Below, one piece after another: positions 37,465 through 48,865 of a stretch of 64,000 nucleotides of DNA (its first letter is position 1; every line of letters starts with the position of its first letter). The stretch is from the NCBI RefSeq assembly GCF_902459465.1, contig NC_047068.1, forward strand, positions 6,572,001-6,636,000, in the 5' to 3' direction. The position numbers and the translations under genes are program-made. A model generated the notes under the pieces. That model did not search any database. It was not told the DNA's origin and saw nothing but the letters and a program-made list of their open reading frames with translations. The DNA comes from Asterias rubens. Its lineage: Eukaryota.

Positions 37465-37877
37465 TTAAAGGATTCGGGTACTTTTTCAAAATGTCCACAG
37501 ATTTACATTAAACTGACAGGGTTTCAAGATAATGATAGTGGAAAGCTTCCCTTCAAATATTACTAACTAAGGTTGTGTAGTTTCTGAGAAATAAGTAAAA
37601 CAAGTCACAAAATTATTTTAGCATGTAAAATCCCCTTAACCAGTTATGATAATATTATACCAAAACCATAGCATAACTGGTTAATACGTTTTTACATGCT
37701 AAAACTGAGACGAAAATTATTACTTTTACTCATTTCTCAAAAACTACAGCACCTCAGTAAGTAAAATTTCAAGGGAAGCTTTCTAATATCATAATCTTCA
37801 AACTGTGTAAGTTTAATGTAAATCTGTGGACATTGTGTTTTTTGTTAGGAAAAAGTACATATACATGTAATCTTTAA
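37465..37877. mobile_element. MITE family B, duplicate in L5 3' flank
   Basis: Same insertion site and TTAA TSD as 30048-30483. Confidence 0.88.
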
Positions 37878-38136
37878 CATGCGGCTACTGCCTGCCGGCC
37901 TCGCCCCCTCTATAGTAAACGCCTATAACGCAACAACTTTATTTGTCAACATACCTCATACATCATTGTTGAATTTACCAGGCACTAAAAACAGAGTTAT
38001 TGGGTATCCCTAAACAAAAATCCTCACTAAACGCCAAGATTAAAAGTGTAAAATTTCATCAATAGATGACAATCCGTTTCTGCGTCCTGCATATTCCCCT
38101 TAATGTCTCCTTCGTTTCCTAACGACCGTTGCTGCT

Positions 38137-38766
38137 TCATGGACAAACCATCTTCCCTCCAGCTTGTTTAGGCAGATTGAAGGAGTGACATCGGGGGTGT
38201 GATCGGCAAGCCTTCCCGCATGATCCGACGCCTTCACCCATGAACTCCTCCATGGCGTGGTGTAGCAGGCACTGAGGAGTGAGGCGGCCACCACTGCTAA
38301 CAGGGAGCTCGCATACGACAAAGTGAGAGTTTTCGCAGTGGTCATCGTTCCATGTACCACCCCTCCTCTTGTCTTGGACACCACAATCTTCACCATCTCC
38401 TAAGTTATTTGGCTCTCCATACGCCCAATTCTCATAGGCGTAGGTTTCACCCTTCAACGGACAGTGCTGCCAGTTTCCCTCCTTCTAGATGTCATTGCAA
38501 CCAATCCAAAGATGGTTATCTGGTGTCAGATCAGGTTCCTTCAGGAATAGTTCCCATATGTAATCCTGTTCGGATTGAGAGTTTGGGGTAGCTAGGTTTG
38601 CTCGTGACTCGGCACAAGTGCGATTTGCTTGGTACCAATCCATCTTGCGCGTGATAATGAAGTAACATGACTCGCCGTATCGGTGCCAATCAGGAGGGCA
38701 GATTTCAGCCATTAAACGGCCACCGTAAACGCCAAGAACAAGACTTAACACTTGAAAAACACGCAT
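38137..38766 (-). pseudogene. C-type lectin L5 with in-frame TAG
   Basis: ORFs 38766-38485 and 38457-38137 are in the same frame, separated by TAG at 38487-38485 (WIGCNDI*KEGNW); proximal promoter absent. Confidence 0.85.
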
Positions 38767-39599
38767 TTTGATGTTAACTGGAAATAATTATTTGAAGTTG
38801 ATTGTGAAAGAGAAACTGTTTTGAGAGTTCCACTAGTTCCAAACCGTTAACGTTGTCAGGACTAAGTGGCTGCTTGCTTTGGTAGGATTCGTTTCAAATG
38901 GTGATTTTCATTAGCAGTTCGTCAGGCCTGCAGTGCGTCATCGTTTCCAGTGAAACAGGTTTATTAAAACCACGGAGTTTTAAGAGTCCGACTTTTTCTG
39001 AGAATATATTTTCAACACGATACCAGCCCGCCCAACCGCCGAGTGAAATCGATTTTGTTCGAAACTGTTATTTTCTGACTTTCAGTCGCCATATAGTATT
39101 GGTTTTGCTCGCAAGCATTCTACTCAGGTTCGTTAATTTGTTTCAAAGAGGTAACAATATGCAAACAGTCAGTGCTGTATTTCTTTAATTAATTACTTTT
39201 TGTTTTGATTAGCCTGTATAACTGTTGCTTGGTGTCCTGTAACATTGTCGATATGAGTAGTAGACAAGTTTGATGGCTTTCATTTCTATCCAACACCCTC
39301 AACTTATCAACGTGAAGAGTGGGTTGGTTTTCTGGTTCTGGCTTTCAATTCTAACATGGAGGGGATGCTGGCTGGCTGGGCGATGGATGTATTAATGCTT
39401 GCACTGACCACCTTCGTTTTCATTGTGGTCAGTTTATTTGTACAGTGGTACAGTTGTACTCTTGGTGTCCAGCAGCATTTTCGATGTGAGCAGTATACAG
39501 GCGGGTTTGATGGCTTTCATTTCAATCCTAAACAATCACCTTTTGTGGTGATTCGATGATGTAGCGAGTGGCTTGTGGCTTGCGGTTTGTATTTGGAGT

Positions 39600-39800
39600 C
39601 TGGGCATGGTCACTAGCCTCGTTCCTATGACGAAGCGATACACTGGGCTGATGAATGGTGATCGCACTTGCTCCCACGGTCCCCGTGTGTCTTTGGATGA
39701 TGAGCGGTGATGGCCCATGGTGCAAACATTTTCGGCATGGATGTGTTCTTACAATCTGAAGTTTTGTTACTCGGCCAGTTACACGGTGCATCACAGAAGG
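39600..39800 (-). mobile_element. Possible degraded Ty3/Gypsy integrase relic
   Basis: Frame-broken motifs WP..., IVRTHPCRKCL (CxxC), PWEQV..FISP..YRFVI resemble the zinc-binding/core junction of retroviral-type integrases. Confidence 0.35.
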
Positions 39801-40024
39801 GAACTGCAAACCTTAAGTTTCTGAAGGGGAAAAAAGGAAAGATTGAGATTTGGGCTACACTCAAAAAGTCCAGAAAGGAACTCAAACTTCTAGGACACAA
39901 TTCTTTTGAGTGTCTTTTGATATATGAGGTTAACTTGACCTTAGCAAGAACAATGTTCAATTTTATTTGAAACATCATGACCTTACATAGGATTTGAGGC
40001 ACTGCATGGTGAGGTATCAGTATG

Positions 40025-40204
40025 TATATTTGGTTTGCGGTAACACCATGTGTGTTTCTACTTGCCAGGTAGGGTTTGTTCTTTATAGAGAACTGTCTTT
40101 CTATTCTACTCCGGGGCAGTAGAATGAAGAAAGACAGTTCTCTGAAGAACAAACCCTACCTGGCAAGTAGAAACACACATGGTGTTACCGCAAACCAAAT
40201 ATAT
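40025..40204. repeat. Near-perfect 180 bp foldback palindrome (hairpin MITE)
   Basis: Arms TATATTTGGTTTGCGGTAACACCATGTGTGTTTCTACTTGCCAGGTAGGGTTTGTTCTT... and their reverse complement; loop CCGGGGC; TA-rich ends. Confidence 0.88.
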
Positions 40205-40253
40205 ATCATGAGCTAAGTAAGCTCGCGTATCAGTCAGTGGTGTCCACGAATCT

Positions 40254-40608
40254 TTAAAGGCACTGGACACCTTTGGTAAGGGTCAAAGACCAGTATTCTC
40301 ACTAGGTGTATCCAAACATATGCATAAAATAACAAACCTATTAACATTTGGACTCAATTGGTCATCGCAGTTGGAAGAGAAAAATGAAACGAAAAAAAAC
40401 CTTGTTGCACAAAATAATTTGTGTGCTTTCAGAATGTCTAATAAATGGCCTTTTTCTACTTTTAGTAAGAAGTAACCTCTTTCTCAAAAACTATGTTACT
40501 TCAAAGGGAGCCGCTTCTCACAACGTTTTGTACTATCAAAAGCTCTTCAATGCTCGTTCTTACCAATTATTTTAAGTAATATTACCAATAGTGTCCATTG
40601 CCTTTTAA
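40254..40608. mobile_element. MITE family A (diverged)
   Basis: TTAA|AGGCACTGGACAC ... GTGTCCATTGCCT followed by TTTAA. Confidence 0.8.
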
Positions 40609-41035
40609 TAACGATCGCGTTTGTTGTTCAGTTTCTGTTTATTTATTTAACTATATGTCAACACAACGCTGTCACTAGCCAGGAGGATAGTTGAGATAAA
40701 GTGTTAAGGTCAGATAGATCTAGAGTTCAAGAAACTTTGAACTTACTCAGCGGCCCTGTTGTGATGTTGTTGTTCATTGAACTCGGGTTGGGCTGTCGGC
40801 AGGAAGGGCGCCACCTTGCAAGTGTTTCTCCCTTTGTATGACGTGTGTACTCGTTCCCACCGTTCCTTTTCAGTGGTCATTGTGACTAGGTTAATGCGGT
40901 CAATCTCTCGTTAGCAGGTCATACTATACTTTGGACCCTGGGAAGGACAAGGAATTCATGAGTTATACTCTCTTTTTCAAAACAAGTCAAACTATTTAAC
41001 ACAAAACAAAACTGTCCAAAACTTCTCGCGTTTCT

Positions 41036-41301
41036 TTAAAGGCACTGGACACTATTGGTAGTTACTCGAGACCTTAGCAATAGATGTTGAGGTCTCGAAG
41101 TCAAGCATCCAAAAGCACACAACTTCCTGTGACAAGGGTGTTTTGTTTTTTCTTTCCATTATTATCGCGCAACTTCGACGACCGATTGAGATCAAAATGT
41201 TTACGGGTTTGTTATTTTATGTTTATTTTGTTATTATGTTAAGATACACCAAGTGAGAAGACTGGTCTTTGACAATTACCAATAGTGTCCAGTGTCTTTA
41301 A
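41036..41301. mobile_element. MITE family A (internally deleted)
   Basis: Both TIRs and both TTAA present; about 130 bp shorter than full copies. Confidence 0.8.
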
Positions 41302-42039
41302 ACCACAGCAGCGTCTGTTTATCACTAAGGGTCGGACATTATTGGACAAAGTTATAGTGGCATCGAGGTCAAGTGTGATCGCAAATAAGCCCTGGGCCTA
41401 CTAAACAAACAAAAACAATTCCTGTATGGGAGTTGTAAAATGGCAATGACAACAACAAAAGTTCAATCAATAAATAGGTGAGAAAATAAAATAAGCTGTT
41501 GCAAACTGCTTATCAACCAAAAGGACCAATAAATGCAAAAAATAGTTAACGGCCTGACGTTTCGATCCTATAGCTTCACTGCCCATGTGACACACTTAGT
41601 TTATCCATAGAGCAGGACCAGTGGTTTGCCTTTCATGTGTTATGTGTTTTCATTATGGCCTTCGAGAAAGACTATGGTCGAAACGACAGACCATAAGTAA
41701 TATTGGTTTGAGAAGTTTGTTACCTTATCAAAGTCACTTAAAAGACTCGACGTGACATCATCATGAAATGACAAGATTGAAATTCCAAATGAGCAGGTTC
41801 TGCAGGTCGGAATGTCACACCGGACGGCACGGCTCGACGACAGATTCAACCGGGGCTCAGTGGCTGTGTGGACGGCAGAGGACCAGCTGCATCGGCAGGC
41901 CTCGGTGTTTAAACTTGTTTATTTGGAATTAAGTGGGACCTTGGAAGTGGACTTTGAGAGGTCATGTTGCGCAATTTTTGTGTGGGTTTAGGCCATGGTC
42001 TACGTGCCAGTTACATTAACTTCCTTCTCGTTGCTATAC

Positions 42040-42375
42040 TTCAAGGCACTGGACTGGACAAAGACCAGTAATCTCACTTGGTTTAACCCAACGTATGCAT
42101 AAAATAACAAAATATTTGTGAACATTTTGACTCAATTAGTCATCGAAGTTGCAATAGAATAATACTAGATAAAACACCATTGTTGCAAAGTTGTTCGTGC
42201 TTTTTAGATGTATAGGCATGATAAAAGGCTTCAGGCCTGAAATTGAGTGAGATACTACCTCTCTCTCAATACTTCTCACAATGGTGATCAACATCTCTCC
42301 GTTGCTCGTTACTAACGTCAGTTTTTATGCTAACAATTACTATGTGACATTACCAATGGTCTCCATTGCCTTTAA
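42040..42375. mobile_element. MITE family A (old, degenerate)
   Basis: Recognisable interior and right TIR TTACCAATGGTCTCCATTGCCT|TTAA. Confidence 0.65.
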
Positions 42376-42993
42376 TTTCGACATTCGGATAAACTAAAAC
42401 TATGGATAACAAACCAAAAACGACAACAGCAACAGAAGACACATTGTAAGAACAACGAACATGGTTTTTTTCCCCAAGCTATCACGATGGAAATTAACTT
42501 TATTAATCCGTTGCTCCCCACCTCTCCCTTGCAAAAAAAGTATATTCTTCATAATGTTCATATCTCGCCGATTATTCCTGTCGGTGTAAACTGTGATACA
42601 GTGCTTTATTTATACAATTAAGTAAATGACAACATTGAATTTTATTTCCCACATTTTTGAAATGTTATACCTTTTAACTTTACAAAATTGTGTTGTATTA
42701 ATTAGTTGTACCTTTCTGTTGACTTGGTATTTAATTGGTATTGCTATAATAAGGCATGTGGTTATTTTTATCGGAGATGGTCGGTAGGTGTCACTTGGGA
42801 TTTTTTTCCCCGAGTGTGTCTCCATACATGGTCTGGAGGAAGTTTGTTCAAAAGAGGATGAAATTTCTCCACATAATTTCGTGCTGCCATCAAGCGCCTC
42901 ATATCGTCCACTGACACAATATTTGCCGGATAAGAGTCTCCTGCCATACCGGCCAATTAAAGCAGATCGGAATAGTGGTTTTATCAACAACTT

Positions 42994-43515
42994 TCACATT
43001 GTACTTGCAATCTGGACTAAAACCAATTTGTACTCAATCTGTGGGCGGTAAACATGAAGCGCCGTGACGGCAGGCACATGAGCCTTCACCGCTGTTAACC
43101 GACCCGCCGATGGGCTTTCATCATCGCCTCGGTACACCCCGCGGTACCTCATCACCATCTCCCCGTGACTGTATATGTCTTTGTAGTACAACACAAGAGC
43201 TGTAATGTAAGCGAAGACTCCGAGGCATAGCAAGGCGATGCCGATGGGCACACCGGTAAAACCTCCTGTGGTACCGGTGCTGTCGTCGTCAGTGCTCCCG
43301 GCACCCATCATCTTTGCACTGTCGTGTCGTCTCGGAACACGTAGCGGAGGCGAGAGGATTACCACTGCAGCACCGCTCGTCAGCAGCACGGTACCGACGA
43401 AGGTGAATGCCCGAACGAGGCTGTGGAGTGTTGATGCATATCGCCTCGTTATGGGTCGTGTATGGACGACCTGGCTCGTTGGAAGGTCCTGGTAGGGTCT
43501 GGTATTAGTCGACAT
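42994..43515 (-). CDS. Uncharacterised 173 aa protein with two predicted transmembrane helices
   Basis: GC-rich ORF in AT-rich surroundings; hydrophobic segments AFTFVGTVLLTSGAAVVILSP and GVPIGIALLCLGVFAYITALVLYY separated by a Gly/Thr/Asp loop; candidate splice acceptor TTCAG at 43574-43570 upstream; no family recognised. Confidence 0.55.
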   Translation of the reverse strand: MSTNTRPYQDLPTSQVVHTRPITRRYASTLHSLVRAFTFVGTVLLTSGAAVVILSPPLRVPRRHDSAKMMGAGSTDDDSTGTTGGFTGVPIGIALLCLGVFAYITALVLYYKDIYSHGEMVMRYRGVYRGDDESPSAGRLTAVKAHVPAVTALHVYRPQIEYKLVLVQIASTM

Positions 43516-44649
43516 TTATGGTGCCATGTTTCGAACTGCTGTCGTCATTGTGTGAGTTGATGCTTGTACCTGAATAGTAGTTTTATCAAATAAATAATAT
43601 TATAAATTTTAAAGTCGGGTGAGAAAACCACCCGTAGTGTTGTTCTTCCCTTGACCCAGCACCGCCAAACGAACCTACGAGCGGTACGCGCCCTATAAGG
43701 GCCAAATTCATGAAGCCCTGAAGCACATGCACACCGTAGCACATGCAAGTCTTGGCTTATATATTTTTACAGCAACAACAGGTTACCAGCCAACACCTCA
43801 TACATTTTTGCAAATAATATTGTGACTGTAGCCCAACTACAATGCAATTACCAAATGTTACGCCAACATAACGTTTTGTTGTTATGTCTTTATTGATAAA
43901 CTGAGTATTTCTTTATGAAAGTGGATCCATGCCTGTGGCCTACCACGGTATAACCACGGTGTATGTTGCACTGTTGTTGTATTTTATTGTTATAGGCCCC
44001 TCCAGGAAACTAACTGAGGCACTAAACTAAACCCTCTGGTTTGGGTTTCGAACTCACTTAGGATTGATTGGTATAGGCCTTAAGTTTTCACACACATAAT
44101 GAGTTCAACGACAACATCACTTGAACATAAACATCACTTGAACATCAGAAAGAACAGCTTTACACACATGGGGGGCAGAGTAGTTGACCACTGGGAATGT
44201 CCCTAAGACGGCAGTATGAGTAGAAGCAGCATCAATCAATGCCTTCAAAGGTAACATTTATGGGGGGGGGGGGGTTACAAGAAAGTACGACAAGTATGAC
44301 TATAATTTATAAAGCGGACAAAATATATCTGCTTTCCTTTTCAGATTTATCTTTGTACAACATGATAACCCATGCAGTGGATTTTGAATGAAATAAGGTG
44401 GGCATTATGACTAGCCTTAAAGAGCCCAGGTAACTAAAAACTACAGGTAACGTGATTGTTTTACGTCCTCTGCCAAAAGTTGAGGTAGGGGAACAAACTT
44501 CCCTATTTAATATTACAAAATTTAACAGAGAAATTCTGGAAAGAAAATGGATGACGAGTTACTCAATCGCAGTCTATTACTTACCTTATTATGGTGATTT
44601 TATTGAGAAATCATTGTTGTTCATTATTTTGTGTTCAGTTGCCTTGGAC

Positions 44650-44956
44650 CATAGATATAGAATTAAAATAAAACTAGATCGGCCGCGCGTACATATTATG
44701 CGCCATTGCCTGTGTAGAAAAGTTTTTGTTCGCCATGGACGTAGTAAAATGTCACGTTCGAAAGGTTACACGCGAAAATGAACACGGTAGGTAGGCCTTT
44801 TTTTGACGCGCTAAATGTCACGTGCCGACGGCAAAAAGTCACGTGCTGACGGCAACGCACAGAAAATGTACACGGGGAGATAGGCAATGGCGGCCCCCAT
44901 GCCAGAACCCGCGTATGTACGCGCGGCCGATCTAGTCATTCTATTCTATATCTATG
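44650..44956. mobile_element. P-like MITE (CATAG termini, 8-bp TSD)
   Basis: CATAGATATAGAAT ... ATTCTATATCTATG flanked by identical CCTTGGAC at 44642-44649 and 44957-44964. Confidence 0.85.
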
Positions 44957-45121
44957 CCTTGGACCTGTGTGGTTGTTTTATAACACCTTTTTGTATACGC
45001 GGGCGTCTCGTGGCATTATTCTTACGCCCGTCGTTCACAAAGGTAGTCCTAACTTCGGACTAGTCCTAGGATGCTAAGAGATAAGACCAGTCCTAAGTTA
45101 GGATGAGTTACTGGTCCTAAC

Positions 45122-48100
45122 CATAGAGCTATATATATATTGACTAGAGCGCTAACACCCCGTTATGCACGCACAAGGTTTTGAAGCCGTGTGGGCGCAT
45201 CCATGTTTATGTACAATCCAATGCAAAAGCTTGAAATTTTGTACGGCAATTGTACGGCTATTTGCATGATAGTGCGTTTGTTCTTTTCTATGTGTCATAG
45301 TATACAACTATTGACTGCTTCAGTGCTATGGTTAAAACTATGACTCCCGAGGTGATCCCCGGGAGCGTTCTATTTTCCCGAGGCGAAGCCGAGAGAAAAT
45401 AGAACGCTACGGGGATCACCGAGTGGATCCAAGCCATTTTCTTCATGCAGTGACACTTCATTCCAAGAAGCTTTTGCCGACTTGCCAAAATCCTCTCATC
45501 CATCAGTTGACATCAGAAGACTTCCAAGTATATCCGATAGCACCCTGTCAGCCCAACCGCATCCCCTAGTCACCTATCTGGGCTGTTATTTAATGCTCGC
45601 AGTGTCCGAAACAAGGGTTTGGATCTTGCCACTTCAATCGCCTCTTCGACCCCACCTGACATCCTGGCTCTGACGGAGACTTGGCTCAAGGAACATGATT
45701 CGGACGCCATCTTGGGACTCCCTGACGACTACTTGATCTTCCGTAAGGACCGTCCCTCTCGCGGTGGTGGCATCTTGACTGCAGTCAAAGCAAACCTTCA
45801 TCCTGTCCACCATGCCGAGTTTGACTCCCCCGAGCTTGAACTCTTGTGGGTGTCGTTATCCTGCCAGCGAAGTAGATGTCTTCTTGGCACATTATATCGC
45901 CCTCCCTGTGCCACTACTTCGTTTTGGGATGATCTCAACGCCGTGGTCTCAAGAATGGATCACTTTCTTCCCAAATTTGACTGTATTATTTTCATGGGAG
46001 ATTTCAACATTGACTGCAATCCTGCGGTAGCCGACTCCCCGAACCGTTCTCGTTTGTTTGAACTTGCCGACTCGTTGAACCTATTTCAGCTTGTCACCGA
46101 CATCACTCATCCCCCTTGTAGTGATGATACCATTTCTTCTGGGTCCACTATCGACTTGGTGTTCAGTAGTTCTCCACATAACTTTGTATCCGTTGAGACT
46201 GTTCCCAACCCTGTTACCAGCGATCACCTTGCCGTTCAGTTCGTCACTCGTCTGAACACTTCTCCTCCGCATCCCTCTGTTGTTAGACAGTTTTTGTCTT
46301 ACAATCCTGATTCTATCTCTCATCTCAACGCTCTCCTCCAATATGCACCCTGGGATCTTGTTTTTGACAAAGATGACATCAACTCTTCATGGGAAGGTGT
46401 TTTGGATCTGATTAATGCTGCTGTTAAAGACGCCATTCCTGGTTCTAGGAAGCGGACAAGGAAAAGAAACAATTCTCCATGGGTTGATGCTGACCTGAAA
46501 CATTTTTGCTCTGTAAAGCGTAAACTGTTTTCCAAGGCTAAGCGCTCTGGATCTCTTGTTGATTGGAACACTTACAAACTTGTACGTAATCAGCTAAAAT
46601 ATTGCTCCCGCAAGGCTTATAAACACTTTGTTGATAACATGTTTTCATCTAAGGATAACAAAAAAAACGGTTTTGGTCCTTTGTTCGTAGTAGAAAACGA
46701 TCACCTACCCCATTGTCTTTTAAACATGGAGCTCAAACACTAGTCAACCCCCATGAAATAGCTTGTGCTTTTAATACTTATTTTGCTTCAGTTTTTTCTG
46801 CTGATGTTCCTGTTTGTCAAGACCCTCCCACATGTGATTTTCCCATTCCAGCTCTGTCTAGTATTAACTTCTCAGTTGATGATATTCAGCGTACCTTATC
46901 TTCCTTACCTCTGGGGAAGGCTCCTGGGCCAGATGGAATCAACGCTAAATTCTTGCGTAACACAGTTTCTACAATCTCTCCGGTTCTCTGTAGAATATTC
47001 AATGATTCCATTGCCTGTGGACGCCTTCCCCGTGGTTGGAAGCTTGCCAACATCACCCCTGTGTTTAAATCTGGTGACCGTTCCCTTCTTAGTAACTATA
47101 GGCCTATTGCTCGTACTTCTCTCGTTAGCAAGATCATGGAGAGACTACTAGCTAATGCTGTTAAAGATCATTTAAATTCTAATTGTTTATTGTCTGATAA
47201 GCAGCATGGTTTTGTTCCTTACACATCTTGTGTCACCCAACTTATGAATGTGTATCATTCATGGGCTACAACTTTAGATAAGCGTAGTCCCCCAAGAATT
47301 GATGCAGTTTTCTTGGATATGAGCAAAGCCTTTGATCGTATGCCCCACCATATACTTGTTCGTAAACTTGCCAGTAACTTAACATCCGTGGATCTCTCTG
47401 GAGCTGGATAAAAGATTTTCTGGTTGATCGTCAACAAAGAGTCACATTTGTTGGTATGAACTCCTCATGGTCCGTAGTTAGCTCTGGTGTTCCTCAAGGA
47501 AGTGTTCTTGGGCCTCTGTTATTTAATTTATTCATCAATGATATATCTTACAACCTCAGTTCTAACTGTGTTCTTTTCGCTGATGATGTATTAATTTATC
47601 GTCCAATCCGTTCCTGTTTAGATGTAAGTTCCCTCCAGCATTACCTCGATGAGCTAAGCACTTGGAGTGTTTCCAATGGTATGACGTTCAACCCTACAAA
47701 AGTCCAAAATCATGCATATTTCCCGTAAACACTCTCTCGACCCCCCTGTTTACACTCTTTCAGGTTTTCCTGTGCAACCCACATCCTCTGTCAAATACCT
47801 TGGAGTCACTCTGAATGCTCAGCTCTCTTGGAATAACCATGTTAAAAATGTTGTTTCAAGTGCCAATAGAACATTGGGCCTCATTAAGACCATTGCTTTC
47901 AATTCTTCTGTTTCAGCTAAGTTCTGTCTTTGTAAATCCCTAGTTCTCCCAATTTTAGAATATTATGGCATGCCAGCTTGGCTCCCTCATACACCTCTCC
48001 AGACTCAGGCCCTCGAACGGGTACAAAAACGTGCTACTCGGTTTATTCTTGGGCAGAGGATGGGTGAGATGTCCTACCCCGATAGTCTTAAGTCCCTCAA

Positions 48101-48865
48101 CTGGTCGTCTCTGTCAATTCGTCGTAATTTTTCTGTTTTGTATTTTATCATTAAGTGTAAGTTTAACCTTATTCACTGCGATGTGGCAGACATCATTTCT
48201 GTCAACCATAGATATCCTAATGTTCTCACCTTCAAACACCTGTATGCTAGAACCGATGCTCTGCACTTATCTGCTCCTCATCTTTTTCCCAGACTTTGGT
48301 CTAGTTTGCCAGAAAACATTCGTAATTCACTACTGCTCTTGCCCTTCCACAGCTTTCTCAAATCACTTAGATTTTCTGTCTGTCAAATCTCATGCATCTA
48401 CTGAATAGTAGCTTTAGCCCTATCACTTGTGCAATATTTTAAGTCTGTTTAGGTTTTATTTATTTATTTATTTCCCTTTATTGTTTATCCTTACCCCATC
48501 TGTTATTTTTACTTATTTATTTATTTTTAATTTAATTTATTTTTTATTCTTAATATATATTTAGCATTTTCTATTGGTTTTTAATTTTCTGCTTTTATTA
48601 TTGCTTTGTGTACTATATTATGTTAAATCTATATTAATGTTATTGTGTACCCCAGATGTGGAGCTACAGATCTACGGATCATAGTATGTATTTGCTTTTG
48701 TTGTCCCTTGCCCATCTTGGGGTATAATGTTGTCAATGTATTTTGTTTTGTACTGTTATAGCGAATAAAATCGTTCCGTAGTCACGCAACACTTCAAACA
48801 CGTCTGCGCTCAGGGTGGCTTCAAAACGCAGAGCAAGTTAGCGCTCTAGTCAATATAGCTCTATG
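45122..48865. mobile_element. P-like non-autonomous element (CATAG termini) containing a CR1 insertion
   Basis: TIRs CATAGAGCTATA..TTGACTAGAGCGCTAAC / GTTAGCGCTCTAGTCAATATAGCTCTATG; 8-bp TSD GTCCTAAC / GTCCCAAC. Confidence 0.82.
45500..48770 (+). mobile_element. CR1-like LINE ORF2 (APE endonuclease + RT), frameshifted, with 3' UTR
   Basis: FNARSVRNK, LTETWL, GTLYRPP, MGDFN, TIDLVF, SDH; KAPGPDGI, FLDMSKAFD, GVPQGSVLGPLLF, FADD, VKYLGV, LERVQKRATR; AT-rich 3' UTR ending in AATAAAAT; ends approximate. Confidence 0.92.

Noticed and set aside
38485-38487. L5 TAG as programmed readthrough
   Set aside because: The other four paralogs have a sense codon here and L5 has also lost its core promoter; pseudogenisation is simpler.
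41545-41700. GACGTTTCGA / GGTCGAAACG motifs reminiscent of Penelope-like element ends
   Set aside because: Too short, with no RT or GIY-YIG remnant seen to support a call.
42610-42990. 126 aa ORF directly after the 2-TM gene
   Set aside because: Non-ATG start, no motifs; more likely 3' UTR.
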